Positions 34,702-44,386 of a stretch of 64,000 nt of DNA are shown here, one piece after another. Where the stretch lies: contig CBDBOV010000004.1 in NCBI GenBank assembly GCA_965208575.1, positions 320,001 to 384,000 on the forward strand. The letters are read 5' to 3'. The notes beneath the pieces are model-generated. The model was not told the DNA's origin. It searched no databases and saw only the letters and a program-made list of their open reading frames with translations. Positions within the stretch are counted from its first letter, which is position 1; each line of letters starts with the position of its first letter. The position numbers were made by a program, and so were the translations under genes. The stretch comes from Spirochaetia bacterium (GTDB lineage: Bacteria > Spirochaetota > Spirochaetia > SZUA-6 > Bin103).

Positions 34702-36936
34702 TCAGGAAGTGGTAGTGCGGTTGTACGTCGTTGTGAACGTGATGGTGCCGGTGGCCGTCTGGTCCGCGCCGTTGGTCATCGTCAGCTTCGCCGTGACCGT
34801 AAACGGACTCGGCGGCGGCGTCGGCAGCGCGCGCAACTGCGCGGCCGTCTTGACCTGCACCCAGAGCTTGCCATTCGAAGCAATGACGCTGTACTTCTCG
34901 TGGTAGTAATCCAAGGTAGAGAACTTCACGTTGGTGAACTTCGCGTTCGTCCCGGCATTGTCGAACACGTCGTAGACGCTGATGCTGACAAAGTCAGGGG
35001 CAGATAGGGTTCTTTCCTCCACCGGTGCGAGGGTCGGCACCTCCTCGACGCCGTCCTGGTCGTACGACGTTCTGAATGTGAGCTTGCCCGAGGCCGTCTG
35101 GCCCTCGTCGTTGGTCATCGTCACGGTGGCCGTGACCGTAAACGGGCTGGACGGCGGCGACTGCAGCGCGTTCAGTTGCGCGGCGCTCTTGATCTCAAAC
35201 CGAAGGAGGCCTTCGCTGATCTCGTGAGTATTCGAGTACGCCGTGGTAGAGAAAACCACGTTGGTGAATCTCGCCTCAGTCCCCGCATAGAGGAAGGTCC
35301 CATCGGCGGAAGCGGCGAACGGGACGCCGGGACGTGTGGCTATTCTCTCCTCCCATGCGAAGATGGGGGCAATCCGCCGCGGAGGAATCGGCGTGGTGGT
35401 GGCGCTCCGGTTATACCTCGTTACGAAGGAGAGGGTGCCCGTGGCCGTCTGGCCTTCGGCGTTGCTCATCGTCACGGTGGCGGTAACCGTAAATGGACTC
35501 GGCGGCGGCGGCGACAACGCGTTCAGTTGCGCGGTGGTCTTGACCTGCACCCAGAGATTGCCATTCGAAGCAATGACGCTGTACTTCTCGTGGTAGTAAT
35601 CCAAGGTAGAGAACTTCACGCTGGTGAACTTTGCGTTCGTCCCGGCGTTGTCGAACACGTCGTAGACGCCGATGCTGACAAAGTCAGGAGCGCGCGTGGT
35701 CATCGCCTCCGTTCGTGAGAGAGTCGGCACCTCCTCGACGCCGTCCTGGTCGTACGACGTTCTGAATGTGAGCGTGCCCGAGGCGGTCTGGCCCTCGTCG
35801 TTGGTCATCGTCACGGTGGCCGTGACCGTAAACGGGCTGGACGGCGGCGACTGCAGCGCGTTCAGTTGCGCGGCGGTCTTGATCTCAAACCGAAGGAGGC
35901 GATCGCTGATCTCGTGAGTATTCGAGTACTCGGTGGTGGAGAAAACCACGTTGGTGAATCTCGCCTCAGTCCCCGCATAGAGGAAGGTCCCATCGGCGGA
36001 AGCGGCGAACGGGACGCCGGGACGCGTGGCTATTCTCTCCTCCCATGCGAAGATCGGGGCGCTCCGCCGCGGAGGAGTCGGCGGGGCGGCGGCGCTCCGG
36101 CTATAGGTCGTTTCGAAAGCGACCGTGCCCGTGGCCGGGCGGCCCTCGTCGTTGTTCATCGTCACCATGGCCGTGACCGTAAATGGACTCGGCGGCGGCA
36201 ACGGCAACGCGTTCAGTTCCGCGGCGCTCTTGACCTGCACCCACAGGCGGCCATCGCGAATCTCGTGCATGTTCGTGTACTCGGTGGTAGAGAAACTCGC
36301 ACCGGTGAACGTCGGGTTCGTCCCCGCATTGTCGAACACCTCATCGGCGGAAGCGCTGACCTGGACATCGACAGGTGCGGGCACTGCCTGCGTCGGCGCC
36401 AAGCTCGGCGCCACCTCCTCCGGCTCGTCCCGGACATGGTCGTACGTCGTTTTGAATGTGATCGTGCCGGTAGCCGTCCGGCCCGCGTCGTCGGTCATCG
36501 TTACCGTCGCCGTGACCGTAAAGGGACTCGGAGGTGGGGCAGACAGCGCATTCAGTTCCGCGCTCGTCTTGACCTGCACATGGAGTTCGACGGGAGGCGT
36601 TCCGACGATACCGGTGCGGTCGGATTGGTAGTACTCCATGGTGGAGAGAGCAACACTGGTGAATCTCGGGTTGCTCCCCGCATCGTCGAATATGTCCCGG
36701 ATACCAAGGCGGGTATGCGAACCGGGAGCTGCGCTGAACTCCGATGACACCGTGACGGTCGGCTGTGGCTGCTTCACCGCCGACGCGCAGCCGATCATCA
36801 GTAGCGTCACCGCCAGCGCGGCTCCGAGCGCCGCCGAACGGCTCCAGCCGGCGCGGCCGGAGGAGCCCTTGCCTTTGGACCACCCAACAGACCCGGCATC
36901 GATTCCGTAGTGCGGTGTTCTCTGTTCGATAGACAT
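34702..36936 (-). CDS. Predicted lipoprotein of six tandem 110-120 aa beta-rich repeats, family unrecognised
   Basis: AAGGAG SD and lipobox LMIG-C. Six copies of F..AG....FT...ST..Y...L....K..A(E/Q)L.AL..PP.SPFTVTA..TM....G..A.G...F.T.Y. Confidence 0.85.
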   Translation of the reverse strand: MSIEQRTPHYGIDAGSVGWSKGKGSSGRAGWSRSAALGAALAVTLLMIGCASAVKQPQPTVTVSSEFSAAPGSHTRLGIRDIFDDAGSNPRFTSVALSTMEYYQSDRTGIVGTPPVELHVQVKTSAELNALSAPPPSPFTVTATVTMTDDAGRTATGTITFKTTYDHVRDEPEEVAPSLAPTQAVPAPVDVQVSASADEVFDNAGTNPTFTGASFSTTEYTNMHEIRDGRLWVQVKSAAELNALPLPPPSPFTVTAMVTMNNDEGRPATGTVAFETTYSRSAAAPPTPPRRSAPIFAWEERIATRPGVPFAASADGTFLYAGTEARFTNVVFSTTEYSNTHEISDRLLRFEIKTAAQLNALQSPPSSPFTVTATVTMTNDEGQTASGTLTFRTSYDQDGVEEVPTLSRTEAMTTRAPDFVSIGVYDVFDNAGTNAKFTSVKFSTLDYYHEKYSVIASNGNLWVQVKTTAQLNALSPPPPSPFTVTATVTMSNAEGQTATGTLSFVTRYNRSATTTPIPPRRIAPIFAWEERIATRPGVPFAASADGTFLYAGTEARFTNVVFSTTAYSNTHEISEGLLRFEIKSAAQLNALQSPPSSPFTVTATVTMTNDEGQTASGKLTFRTSYDQDGVEEVPTLAPVEERTLSAPDFVSISVYDVFDNAGTNAKFTNVKFSTLDYYHEKYSVIASNGKLWVQVKTAAQLRALPTPPPSPFTVTAKLTMTNGADQTATGTITFTTTYNRTTTS
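34705..36085 (-). repeat. Near-identical 690-bp tandem duplication (repeats 3+4 versus 5+6)
   Basis: Long matching runs at a constant 690-bp offset, for example 34982 versus 35672 and 35176 versus 35866. Confidence 0.92.
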
Positions 36937-37256
36937 GTGCAGCTCCTTGCTTCTTGTTCCGGTGGCGCAGCAGAACCAGCGGCCTGGATGAACCCACACT
37001 GCCGGATAATTCGGCCAAACTCAAGGAGATATCATAATGATTTAGTAAATATACAGGGGATATAGAGTGTCTATTTCATATGATCCCGAACTCCTCAGGT
37101 GGAACGCCGCCCGGATGCTGCTCGGTTGCCCCGCACAGGTTCTGCATCAGACCGACGTCGACCAAGATCAGCGGTAGTGCCGGTCATCCGGCAGGAAGTG
37201 GCGAAAATCAACGGGTATTCGGTTCCAATTGCGGCCAAATGAGCGGCTCATTCCAG

Positions 37257-38111
37257 CTACTCGCCGGCACCCCAGGGTTCGTCGGTGCCGGTCTGCTGCC
37301 ACAGGCGGCGCAGATAGGAACTGCTGTGCTCCAGGTGGTCCCACAGCCGGAGGTCGCTGGCCATCTCGAACAGGCCCTGGCGGAACAGGCGGCGGGCGAC
37401 GATCAGCGGCACCAGCCGCGGCCAGTCCACCTCCCCCTCCCCGACCGTCACGTCCAGCTTGCCGGCGCGCCGCTGCTTGAAGTGCAGCATGCCGACCTGC
37501 TCCGGGGTGAGGGATTCGTACACGGCAGCCGGATCGGTGGGGTCCCCGGTCGCGGCGAAGTTGCACGGGTCGAAGCAGACGCGCAGCCGCCGGCCGGCGC
37601 TCCCCAGTTCAGCGCGCGCGGCGTCGATCGCGGCCGCCAGCAGGGGCCACGGCTGGCGGGAGTTCTCGACCGAGAAGATGCCGCCGACTGCCGCCAGGGC
37701 CCTGGTCAGACGAGCGATGGCGCTTCCCGAGGCCGCGGCTCCCCAGTCGGCGGCCTGCTCGGGCAACGTGCGCAGGTCCACGAGGCGCACGTGCGGGCGG
37801 CGGCCGTTGGCCACCGCCCGGGCCAGCGCCACGGCGGCGGCATAGTACGGTTCGTCGGGCGTGGTGTCCGGATCCAGGAACGGTACCTCGTACGCGGCCA
37901 CGAAGTGGAGGTCCGGGTACCGCGCCGCCACCCTGCCCAATTCCGGCACGTTCGGGAGCGCGGTTTCCGGCGACTCGTACCGGCCCAGCGACTTCTGGCG
38001 CAGTTCGACGACCCGGTAGCCGCGGCGGGCGGCCGTGCCGATCAGGTCGCCGAGGTCTTCGCCGCGGGCAAGCTGCACGTTCCAGACGTTGGACACCAGA
38101 CCCAGCCGCAT
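37257..38111 (-). CDS. Sugar phosphate isomerase/epimerase-like TIM barrel
   Basis: GYRVVELRQ, SVENS, CFDPCN, LHFKQ, GEGEVDW and LFEM. Confidence 0.78.
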   Translation of the reverse strand: MRLGLVSNVWNVQLARGEDLGDLIGTAARRGYRVVELRQKSLGRYESPETALPNVPELGRVAARYPDLHFVAAYEVPFLDPDTTPDEPYYAAAVALARAVANGRRPHVRLVDLRTLPEQAADWGAAASGSAIARLTRALAAVGGIFSVENSRQPWPLLAAAIDAARAELGSAGRRLRVCFDPCNFAATGDPTDPAAVYESLTPEQVGMLHFKQRRAGKLDVTVGEGEVDWPRLVPLIVARRLFRQGLFEMASDLRLWDHLEHSSSYLRRLWQQTGTDEPWGAGE

Positions 38112-38187
38112 GCACTCACTTCCGGGCGGACTATAGCAGCCCGTGGAGCGGTTCACCAGAACGGACTGGCTCGCTACGATCAGGAAC

Positions 38188-39021
38188 ATGAGCGATGCGA
38201 CGTTTGTCAGCAGTCTGCAGTTCGCCCTGAGCGATGCCGAGGTGGAGCAGTATCATCGCGATGGGGTCCTGGGACCCTACCCGCTGCTCTCCGAGGCGGA
38301 AATGGCGGTGGCGATGCGGGTGATCGACCGGGAGATCATCGCGCCGGCGGCCAAGGACGACCCGGTGCTGCACTACCACGACCGCCATCTCGACCACCGT
38401 ACGGTGTGCCGCATCTGCCGCCGCCCGGAACTGATCGATCGCGTGGCATCGCTGCTCGGCCCCGACCTGATGATCTGGCGCTCCAACTTCCAGGTGAAGC
38501 CGCCGGTTGCGGACGCGGAAGGAGAGGCGGCCCGCTACGTCGAGGTGCCGTGGCACCAGGACGGGGCCTACTTCGGCCTGCAGCCGCTGGTGCTGGTGTC
38601 GGCCTGGATCGCCATTACCGAGGCGACCGAACAGAACGGTTGCATGAAGGTAGTCGCCGGCTCGCACACGCAGACGATCCATCACGACCATGATCCGGGC
38701 CGCCAGTCGTTCGGGCGCTCGGTACCGAACGACGCAATCGATCCCGACGCCGTGCGCACGCTGGTGCTGCGTCCCGGTGAATTCGTGCTGTTCAACGAGA
38801 ATACGCTGCACGGCTCGGGCCCCAACCGGACGTCGCGGCCGCGCGTCGGCCTGACGCCGCGCATCAGCGTGCCGTTCGTGCGGGTGACCGGCAATCCGCG
38901 CGGAGCGGGCCGCGACCGCGCCCGTCACGCGCCGGACGAGCCGCGCGAGATCGCGATGCTGCGCGGCCACGACTACACGGGCCGGCAAACGGTGGTTCCC
39001 CTTCCCTGCGGCGCCGGCTGA
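38188..39021 (+). CDS. PhyH family dioxygenase
   Basis: YHRDG, VPWHQDG, SAWIAI, NGCMKVVAGSH, LHGSGPNRT and R motifs. Confidence 0.92.
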   Translation: MSDATFVSSLQFALSDAEVEQYHRDGVLGPYPLLSEAEMAVAMRVIDREIIAPAAKDDPVLHYHDRHLDHRTVCRICRRPELIDRVASLLGPDLMIWRSNFQVKPPVADAEGEAARYVEVPWHQDGAYFGLQPLVLVSAWIAITEATEQNGCMKVVAGSHTQTIHHDHDPGRQSFGRSVPNDAIDPDAVRTLVLRPGEFVLFNENTLHGSGPNRTSRPRVGLTPRISVPFVRVTGNPRGAGRDRARHAPDEPREIAMLRGHDYTGRQTVVPLPCGAG

Positions 39022-39190
39022 CCGCCGCGCCGGCAACTTTGGGCGCCGGCGGCTGCGTCGTCACCGCCGCCCGTCCGGCGGGCCATAGCGGTCCGTGGCG
39101 AAGCACGCGGTGCATCGAAGGCGGCGATGCATCCCGGCGCCTCGACGCTCTCGGTACGGCACCCGGGGTCCACCACTGGCTGATGGGGCG

Positions 39191-40000
39191 TCAGGCGGAA
39201 CGCAGGATGGTGAAGTCGCTGTCCTTGCCGGCGCCGGCGGCGGCCTCCATGTAGGTGAGGATCAACGCCCGGCGGTGGCCGCCGGTGTGGTTGCCGAGCG
39301 AGGAGTGGAAGATCTTGTTGGAGAACAGCACCGCGCTGCCGGCGGGTATCTCGCAATACACCGTGTTGCGCAGTTCCCGCTCGCCCGGCAGGAAGCTGAG
39401 CCGGCAGGCGCCGTGGTCGCGGGAAGAACGCGGCTGGTGCGGAATGATGTGCCGGCGGTGACTGCCGGGCACGACGCGCAGGCAGCCGTTGCGGCGGTGC
39501 GTGTCCTGCAGCGGCAGCCAGACCGACATGCGCCGCTCGACCGCGCCGTAGATGTGCCAGTACGCCTCGTCCTGGTGCCAGTGGCACACATTGTGCGGCT
39601 CGTGCGGGCCCTTGGAGATCAATTTAGCCGAGAACAGGGCCAGGCCGGGGTACACCAGGTCTTCGACCAGGCCGATGATGCGCGGGTCGCACGCCAGCCG
39701 GCGGGACGTCTCCGAGTCGGTGCCGAGCCGGTGGACCTGGTTGCGCCGCTGGTCGTCGGCGGCGATATCCGGGTCGGCGAGCCGCTCCCGGTAGCCGGCC
39801 TCGAATTCGGCGTCCAGCGCGGCCAGCTCCGCCACCGGCAGGACACCGGACACCACGAGGTAACCCTGCCGGGCGAATTCGGCTTGCTGTTCGGCGGAGA
39901 GCCGGCCTGACGAGCGCGACCGCGGCGGAGCCGTGACGCCGGGGCCGGTACCTGGTGCACCGCCGGCCAGCGTTCCGGTCGCTATGCGGCGCGGCGTCAT
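39191..40000 (-). CDS. PhyH family dioxygenase
   Basis: FARQGY, HWHQDE, VWLPLQD, NGCLRVVPGSH, FHSSLGNHT and RRAL. ATGA overlap with the upstream gene. Confidence 0.9.
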   Translation of the reverse strand: MTPRRIATGTLAGGAPGTGPGVTAPPRSRSSGRLSAEQQAEFARQGYLVVSGVLPVAELAALDAEFEAGYRERLADPDIAADDQRRNQVHRLGTDSETSRRLACDPRIIGLVEDLVYPGLALFSAKLISKGPHEPHNVCHWHQDEAYWHIYGAVERRMSVWLPLQDTHRRNGCLRVVPGSHRRHIIPHQPRSSRDHGACRLSFLPGERELRNTVYCEIPAGSAVLFSNKIFHSSLGNHTGGHRRALILTYMEAAAGAGKDSDFTILRSA

Positions 40001-40917
40001 GCCTTGGCGCGGGCGGCGGTCCGTGCGTTTTGCTCGCGCTGTTGCAGCATGGCGTCCCGCCACTCCTCCCAGGAAGGGATGGCGGATGCGCTGAGCACCG
40101 GGAGCGGCACCCGGCCGTTGGCCCGCTGGCGCTTGCCGAACTCCTCCATGGCATCCCGTTCCGGTCCGTCAAGCGCCGACGCGGTGACGTGAAAGCGAAA
40201 GTCGATGCTCCAGCGCGCATCCCTGGTGCTGTTCATCTTGCTCGCGTGGAAGGTGAGGTTGGTCAGGTACAGCACGTCGCCGGCCGCCATTTCCAGGGCC
40301 ACCGGGGTGCCGCGCTGCTCGATCTCCTCGTTGGTGCGCACGTTCATGTCCTCGCCGCGCGCGGCATCCACCAGTCCCCAGCGGTGGCTGCCGGGCATCA
40401 CCCAGATACAGCCGTTGGCCACGGTGGCATCGACCAGCGGAACCCACACGGTGACGATGTGCGCCGCCTCGGTGCGTCCGACCCGCCTGCCGCGCGCCGG
40501 CTCATTGTAGTAGTGGCTGTCCTGGTGCCACGGGAATGCGGTGATTTCGGCTTCCGGAATCTTGGTGCGGACGTTCAGTCCGCCGAGTTCGCACACCTCC
40601 GGCCCCAGGATCGCGCCCACCACCCGCACGATGCCGGGATGGCGAAACAGGTCGAAGTACGCCTTGTCGAGGGTGTTCCCGATCCAGCCGCGCGGCGAGC
40701 TGTTCATCGCCGCGCAGATCGCCGCGAACCGCCGCGTGAACGGTTCATCCTCGAACAGCGAGTCGATATTGCCCTCGGCATGCATCTTGCGTGCGTATTC
40801 GTCGACCTGGCCGGCAAGCAGGCGGCGCACCGGCTCGAGATCGGCGGCGCTCAGCACACCCCGATCAATCAGGTAGCCGTCGCGCTCGTAGGCGGTGCGA
40901 ACTGCAGCATCACTCAT
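39997..40917 (-). CDS. PhyH family dioxygenase
   Basis: YERDGY, FPWHQDS, VWVPLVD, NGCIWVMPGSH, FHASKMN and RWSIDFRF. Start chosen by the TATGGT box 7 nt upstream (alternative 40929). Confidence 0.9.
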   Translation of the reverse strand: MSDAAVRTAYERDGYLIDRGVLSAADLEPVRRLLAGQVDEYARKMHAEGNIDSLFEDEPFTRRFAAICAAMNSSPRGWIGNTLDKAYFDLFRHPGIVRVVGAILGPEVCELGGLNVRTKIPEAEITAFPWHQDSHYYNEPARGRRVGRTEAAHIVTVWVPLVDATVANGCIWVMPGSHRWGLVDAARGEDMNVRTNEEIEQRGTPVALEMAAGDVLYLTNLTFHASKMNSTRDARWSIDFRFHVTASALDGPERDAMEEFGKRQRANGRVPLPVLSASAIPSWEEWRDAMLQQREQNARTAARAKA

Positions 40918-41023
40918 GGCCGTCACCATACTTCCGGCGCCGCGTCCGAGCAACCGCCGGTCGCGCGTGGCCGTCCGTGAGCGGGCTGTGACACCATGCG
41001 CGCGGGTGCGATAGAGTGCCGGC

Positions 41024-42175
41024 GTGCCACAGATGAGAGACCCCGAGTACGTCCAGGTCCACAAGGATCCGGCGCATGCCACCAACCAGGTGAGCCTGGT
41101 GCAGCTTGCGGGCGGCGAACTGCTGCTCGGCTTCAACGAGGAACGCGGCCCTATCCATGCCGACAGCGGGCAGTCGTGCCTGATCAAGTCGCCCGACGGC
41201 GGGCGCACCTGGGATCCGGCGAGCAGGCGGGTGGTGTGGCCGTGCACCGAACACGCCGGCAACTGGGACTGCGCCTTCGGCCAGCTCACGGACGGCGTCA
41301 TCCTGATGCACACCAGGGTGTGCAGCTTCATCGACTCCGGCGGCGCCGGCGCACGCGACGATCCGCAGGCGCTGCGCTCCCCCACCCTGCGCGCGGAGCG
41401 GCTGAAGCGGCAGACCGGCTACGCCCTGCTCACCTCGCGCGACGATGGAGACACCTGGTCGGATCCCGTGGAGGTCAACACCTTCCCGATCACCGCGGCG
41501 TCACTCGGCCGCTACGCGTGCGGCAACTCCGGCGCCGGCCACGTGATCGAGCTTCCCGACGGTGTCGTCCTGATGCCGCTGTGCGGAACGATCAGCAACA
41601 ACGACACCACCGGCCCGGTGGGTGAAACCGGACGCAGTTTCCTGCTGCGTTCCGACGACGGCGGCGGCCACTGGGAGTACTGGTCCACCATCGCCTACGA
41701 TCCGGCGCACATCATCCACTTCCACGAGCCGGGCGTGACCCGGCTGCGCGATGGCCGCCTGATCGCCCTGCTGCGGGTGTCGCGGCGCCCCGGGCGCTAC
41801 GACAACCTGTGGTTCGCCTGCTCGGAGGACGACGGCGCAAGCTGGAGTCCGCCGCGGCGCACCAACATCTGGGGCTACCCGGCCGACGTCACGCAGCTCG
41901 GCGACGGCCGCGTGCTGGCCGTGTACGGTTACCGGCGCCCGCCCTGGGGGGTGCGCGGCTGTGTTTCCGCGGACGGCGTGACCTGGGACGTGGCCAACGA
42001 ATTCGTGATCCGCGAGGGCGGCGCCGCCGATCCCGCGGTGCCGTTCTATTGGCACATCGGCTACCCGAGCGTGGCGCAGACCCCGGACGGCACCATCGTC
42101 GCCGCCTACCACGAGTACAGCGACGATCCGCGGCCGGTGCAGTTCATCTGCTGCACCCGCTTTCACCTGGACTGA
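41024..42175 (+). CDS. BNR/Asp-box beta-propeller (sialidase-like family)
   Basis: Asp boxes SPDGGRTW, SRDDGDTW, SDDGGGHW, SEDDGASW and SADGVTW, plus C-terminal IGYPS. Confidence 0.85.
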   Translation: MPQMRDPEYVQVHKDPAHATNQVSLVQLAGGELLLGFNEERGPIHADSGQSCLIKSPDGGRTWDPASRRVVWPCTEHAGNWDCAFGQLTDGVILMHTRVCSFIDSGGAGARDDPQALRSPTLRAERLKRQTGYALLTSRDDGDTWSDPVEVNTFPITAASLGRYACGNSGAGHVIELPDGVVLMPLCGTISNNDTTGPVGETGRSFLLRSDDGGGHWEYWSTIAYDPAHIIHFHEPGVTRLRDGRLIALLRVSRRPGRYDNLWFACSEDDGASWSPPRRTNIWGYPADVTQLGDGRVLAVYGYRRPPWGVRGCVSADGVTWDVANEFVIREGGAADPAVPFYWHIGYPSVAQTPDGTIVAAYHEYSDDPRPVQFICCTRFHLD

Positions 42176-42189
42176 GGAGCACCTGCGAC

Positions 42190-43809
42190 GTGAAGATTCC
42201 CGAGCACTCCCTGCACCATACCACCTTCGACGCGTGGCGCAGCCCCGGACGGTTCACCAAGAACCCCGACATCGTGCGCCTGCCCACCGGCCGGCTGCTG
42301 CTGGTATACGCCGACACCGACCAGCACTGGGCGAGCGACTACGTGATCCTCATCCTGCTGGCCAGCGACGACGGCGGCCGCACCTGGCACAAGCAGGCGG
42401 AGGTGGCGCGCGCGGACCTGCAGGCCGGCGAGGAGCGCCTGGTCACGCCGCGCCTGAGCCGGCTCGGCGACGGCCGGCTGGTGGTGCTGTGCGACCGCGA
42501 CGACGACGGCCACTTCCACCCCGACCAGCCGCCCGCCAACCTGGCGTGGTGGAGCGGCGACGACGGGCAGACCTGGGGGCCGGCGCGGGAGACCGGCATC
42601 ATGGGCTTCGAGCCGGATCGCATGCTGGAGCTGGGCAACGGCAAGCTGGCCGTGCTGACCCACATCATGCGCCCCGACAGCCAGGAGTTCGCCGAGATCC
42701 TGTCGCTGTCGGAGGACGGCGGCACGACGTGGCGGGAGGCGGCGGAGGTGGCGCACGACGGCTACCACCGCTTCTGCGAGGGTGCGCTGGTGTTCCTGGA
42801 TGGCGGTCCCGACGGCGGAGCGGGCGCGGGCGGCGAGCTGGCGTGCGTGATGCGCGAGAACCACTCCGCCGGCATCCCGAGTTTCGTGGCGTTTTCGAGC
42901 GACCACGGGGAGACCTGGACACCACCGCAGATGTGCCCGTTCGCGCTGCACCGGCCGTACGCCAAGCGGCTGGCCGACGGGCGCGTGCTGGTGACCGGGC
43001 GCCACGTCAACGGCGGCCTCGGCACCTACGCCTGGTGCGGCGACCTGCGCGCCGAGGCGGGCACCTACCAGGTGGGCGGACCGCGCCGCAGGTTCGCCGC
43101 CGAGCTGACCGGCGGCGCCCTGCGCATCGACAATCGCCCCGGCCACGAGTGCCGGTACCACCTGCTGCCGCCGGAGGGAGCCCACAGCGAGATCGTGTTC
43201 GAGGCGGAGGTGAAGGTGGCCGGCAGCGAGCCGGCGGCGTTCCTGTCGATCTCGCGGCTGCGCTCCAACCGCGGCCCGGTGGTGCTGTCGCTGGCCGGCG
43301 ATCACCTGTCGCTGGCCGACCGGCGCCCGGCGGCGGTGGACTTCTCCCGCTTCCGGACGGTGCGGATTTCGCACCGGCGCGGGCTGCTGCAGGTACGCGT
43401 GGACGGCGCGGTGGTGCGCTCGGCGAGCGTGTTCCACGAGGAGCTGGTGCTGAGCGAGTTCATGCGCGGCGGCCCGCTGCACGCGCGCACCACGTTCGGG
43501 CAGCTCGGCGATTCCGGCACCAGTTGGTGGCGGCGGGTGCGCTACGAGACGCGCAATCCGCGGCTCGTCGACTGGCGCTGGAGCTGGGCGGCGGCCGACG
43601 GCGCCTGGCCCGACCAGTACCAGCGCGACCGGCTCACCCAGGTGCACGGCAACCACCCGGACCAGAAGCCGGGACCCGACCACGGCTACTCCTCCTGGCT
43701 GCAGCAGGAGGACGGCACCATCGTGTTCGTGGACTACACCAACCTCGGCGACGAAGGCGGCAAGAGCCACCTGGTCGGCGCCTTCATCGACCCCCGCGAC
43801 CTCGCCTGA
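42190..43809 (+). CDS. BNR/Asp-box beta-propeller (sialidase-like) with an inserted beta-sandwich domain
   Basis: GAGGAG SD and GTG start. SDDGGRTW, SGDDGQTW, SEDGGTTW and SSDHGETW, then an insert of about 200 aa before DHGYSSW. Confidence 0.83.
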   Translation: MKIPEHSLHHTTFDAWRSPGRFTKNPDIVRLPTGRLLLVYADTDQHWASDYVILILLASDDGGRTWHKQAEVARADLQAGEERLVTPRLSRLGDGRLVVLCDRDDDGHFHPDQPPANLAWWSGDDGQTWGPARETGIMGFEPDRMLELGNGKLAVLTHIMRPDSQEFAEILSLSEDGGTTWREAAEVAHDGYHRFCEGALVFLDGGPDGGAGAGGELACVMRENHSAGIPSFVAFSSDHGETWTPPQMCPFALHRPYAKRLADGRVLVTGRHVNGGLGTYAWCGDLRAEAGTYQVGGPRRRFAAELTGGALRIDNRPGHECRYHLLPPEGAHSEIVFEAEVKVAGSEPAAFLSISRLRSNRGPVVLSLAGDHLSLADRRPAAVDFSRFRTVRISHRRGLLQVRVDGAVVRSASVFHEELVLSEFMRGGPLHARTTFGQLGDSGTSWWRRVRYETRNPRLVDWRWSWAAADGAWPDQYQRDRLTQVHGNHPDQKPGPDHGYSSWLQQEDGTIVFVDYTNLGDEGGKSHLVGAFIDPRDLA

Positions 43810-43861
43810 AACCGCGGGCCTCTGCCCACGGCGGCGGTGACGCGGTATCCTGAGAGCGACG

Positions 43862-44386
43862 ATGACCCTGCGTGAGCTGTTCGCCGCCGTGGACGAGGTA
43901 CGCGTGCCGCTGCTGATCGCACTGGGCGGCGTGGTGGTGCTGACTGCCCTGATCGGTGTCCTGCACGGGCGCGGCAACGGCGGGCGGGCGCCGTGGCGCT
44001 ACCTGTATGCATTCCTGGTGTACGCGGCGTGCGCGCCGGGCATCTTCGCCGCGGTGGCGGTGGTGTATGCCCTGCTGTTCAGCGGCGACAACCTGCTGGA
44101 TCTGAACGCTGCCACCTACGTGGCGCCGATCGCGGCAATGGTGCTGACTCTCGGTGTGATGCGCCGCAACGTCAGCTTCGACGAGGTGCCGGGCTTCGAC
44201 CGCATCACCGGACTGATGACCATGATCGCCGCGGTGTTCGCGATCGCCCTGATCTTGCGCAGCCTGCGCGTGTGGCTGTTCTTCAGCGCGTCCCTGATCT
44301 GGTTCTTCGTACTGGTGGTCGCGCTGTTCGTGCTGGTCAAGTGGGGCGGCCGGCTGCTGTTCGGGCGCCGCCGGCAGCGCTCGTGA
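43862..44386 (+). CDS. Hypothetical membrane protein (about 5 TM helices)
   Basis: Hydrophobic segments around FDEVPGFDRITGL. GTGA coupling to moeA. Confidence 0.75.
   Translation: MTLRELFAAVDEVRVPLLIALGGVVVLTALIGVLHGRGNGGRAPWRYLYAFLVYAACAPGIFAAVAVVYALLFSGDNLLDLNAATYVAPIAAMVLTLGVMRRNVSFDEVPGFDRITGLMTMIAAVFAIALILRSLRVWLFFSASLIWFFVLVVALFVLVKWGGRLLFGRRRQRS

Noticed and set aside
34705-36085. 690-bp repeats as a DGR template/variable pair or CRISPR array
   Set aside because: In-frame intragenic domain duplication. There is no reverse transcriptase or cas gene in the window, the differences are not restricted to adenines, and there is no repeat-spacer structure.
37020-37085. ATCATAATGAT palindrome as a Fur box
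   Set aside because: Only a partial match in AT-rich DNA, and there is no supporting iron-related function for the downstream gene.
37257-43809. PhyH/propeller cluster as a secondary-metabolite biosynthetic gene cluster
   Set aside because: No scaffold-forming enzyme (NRPS, PKS, terpene synthase, RiPP precursor) is present. The content looks catabolic.
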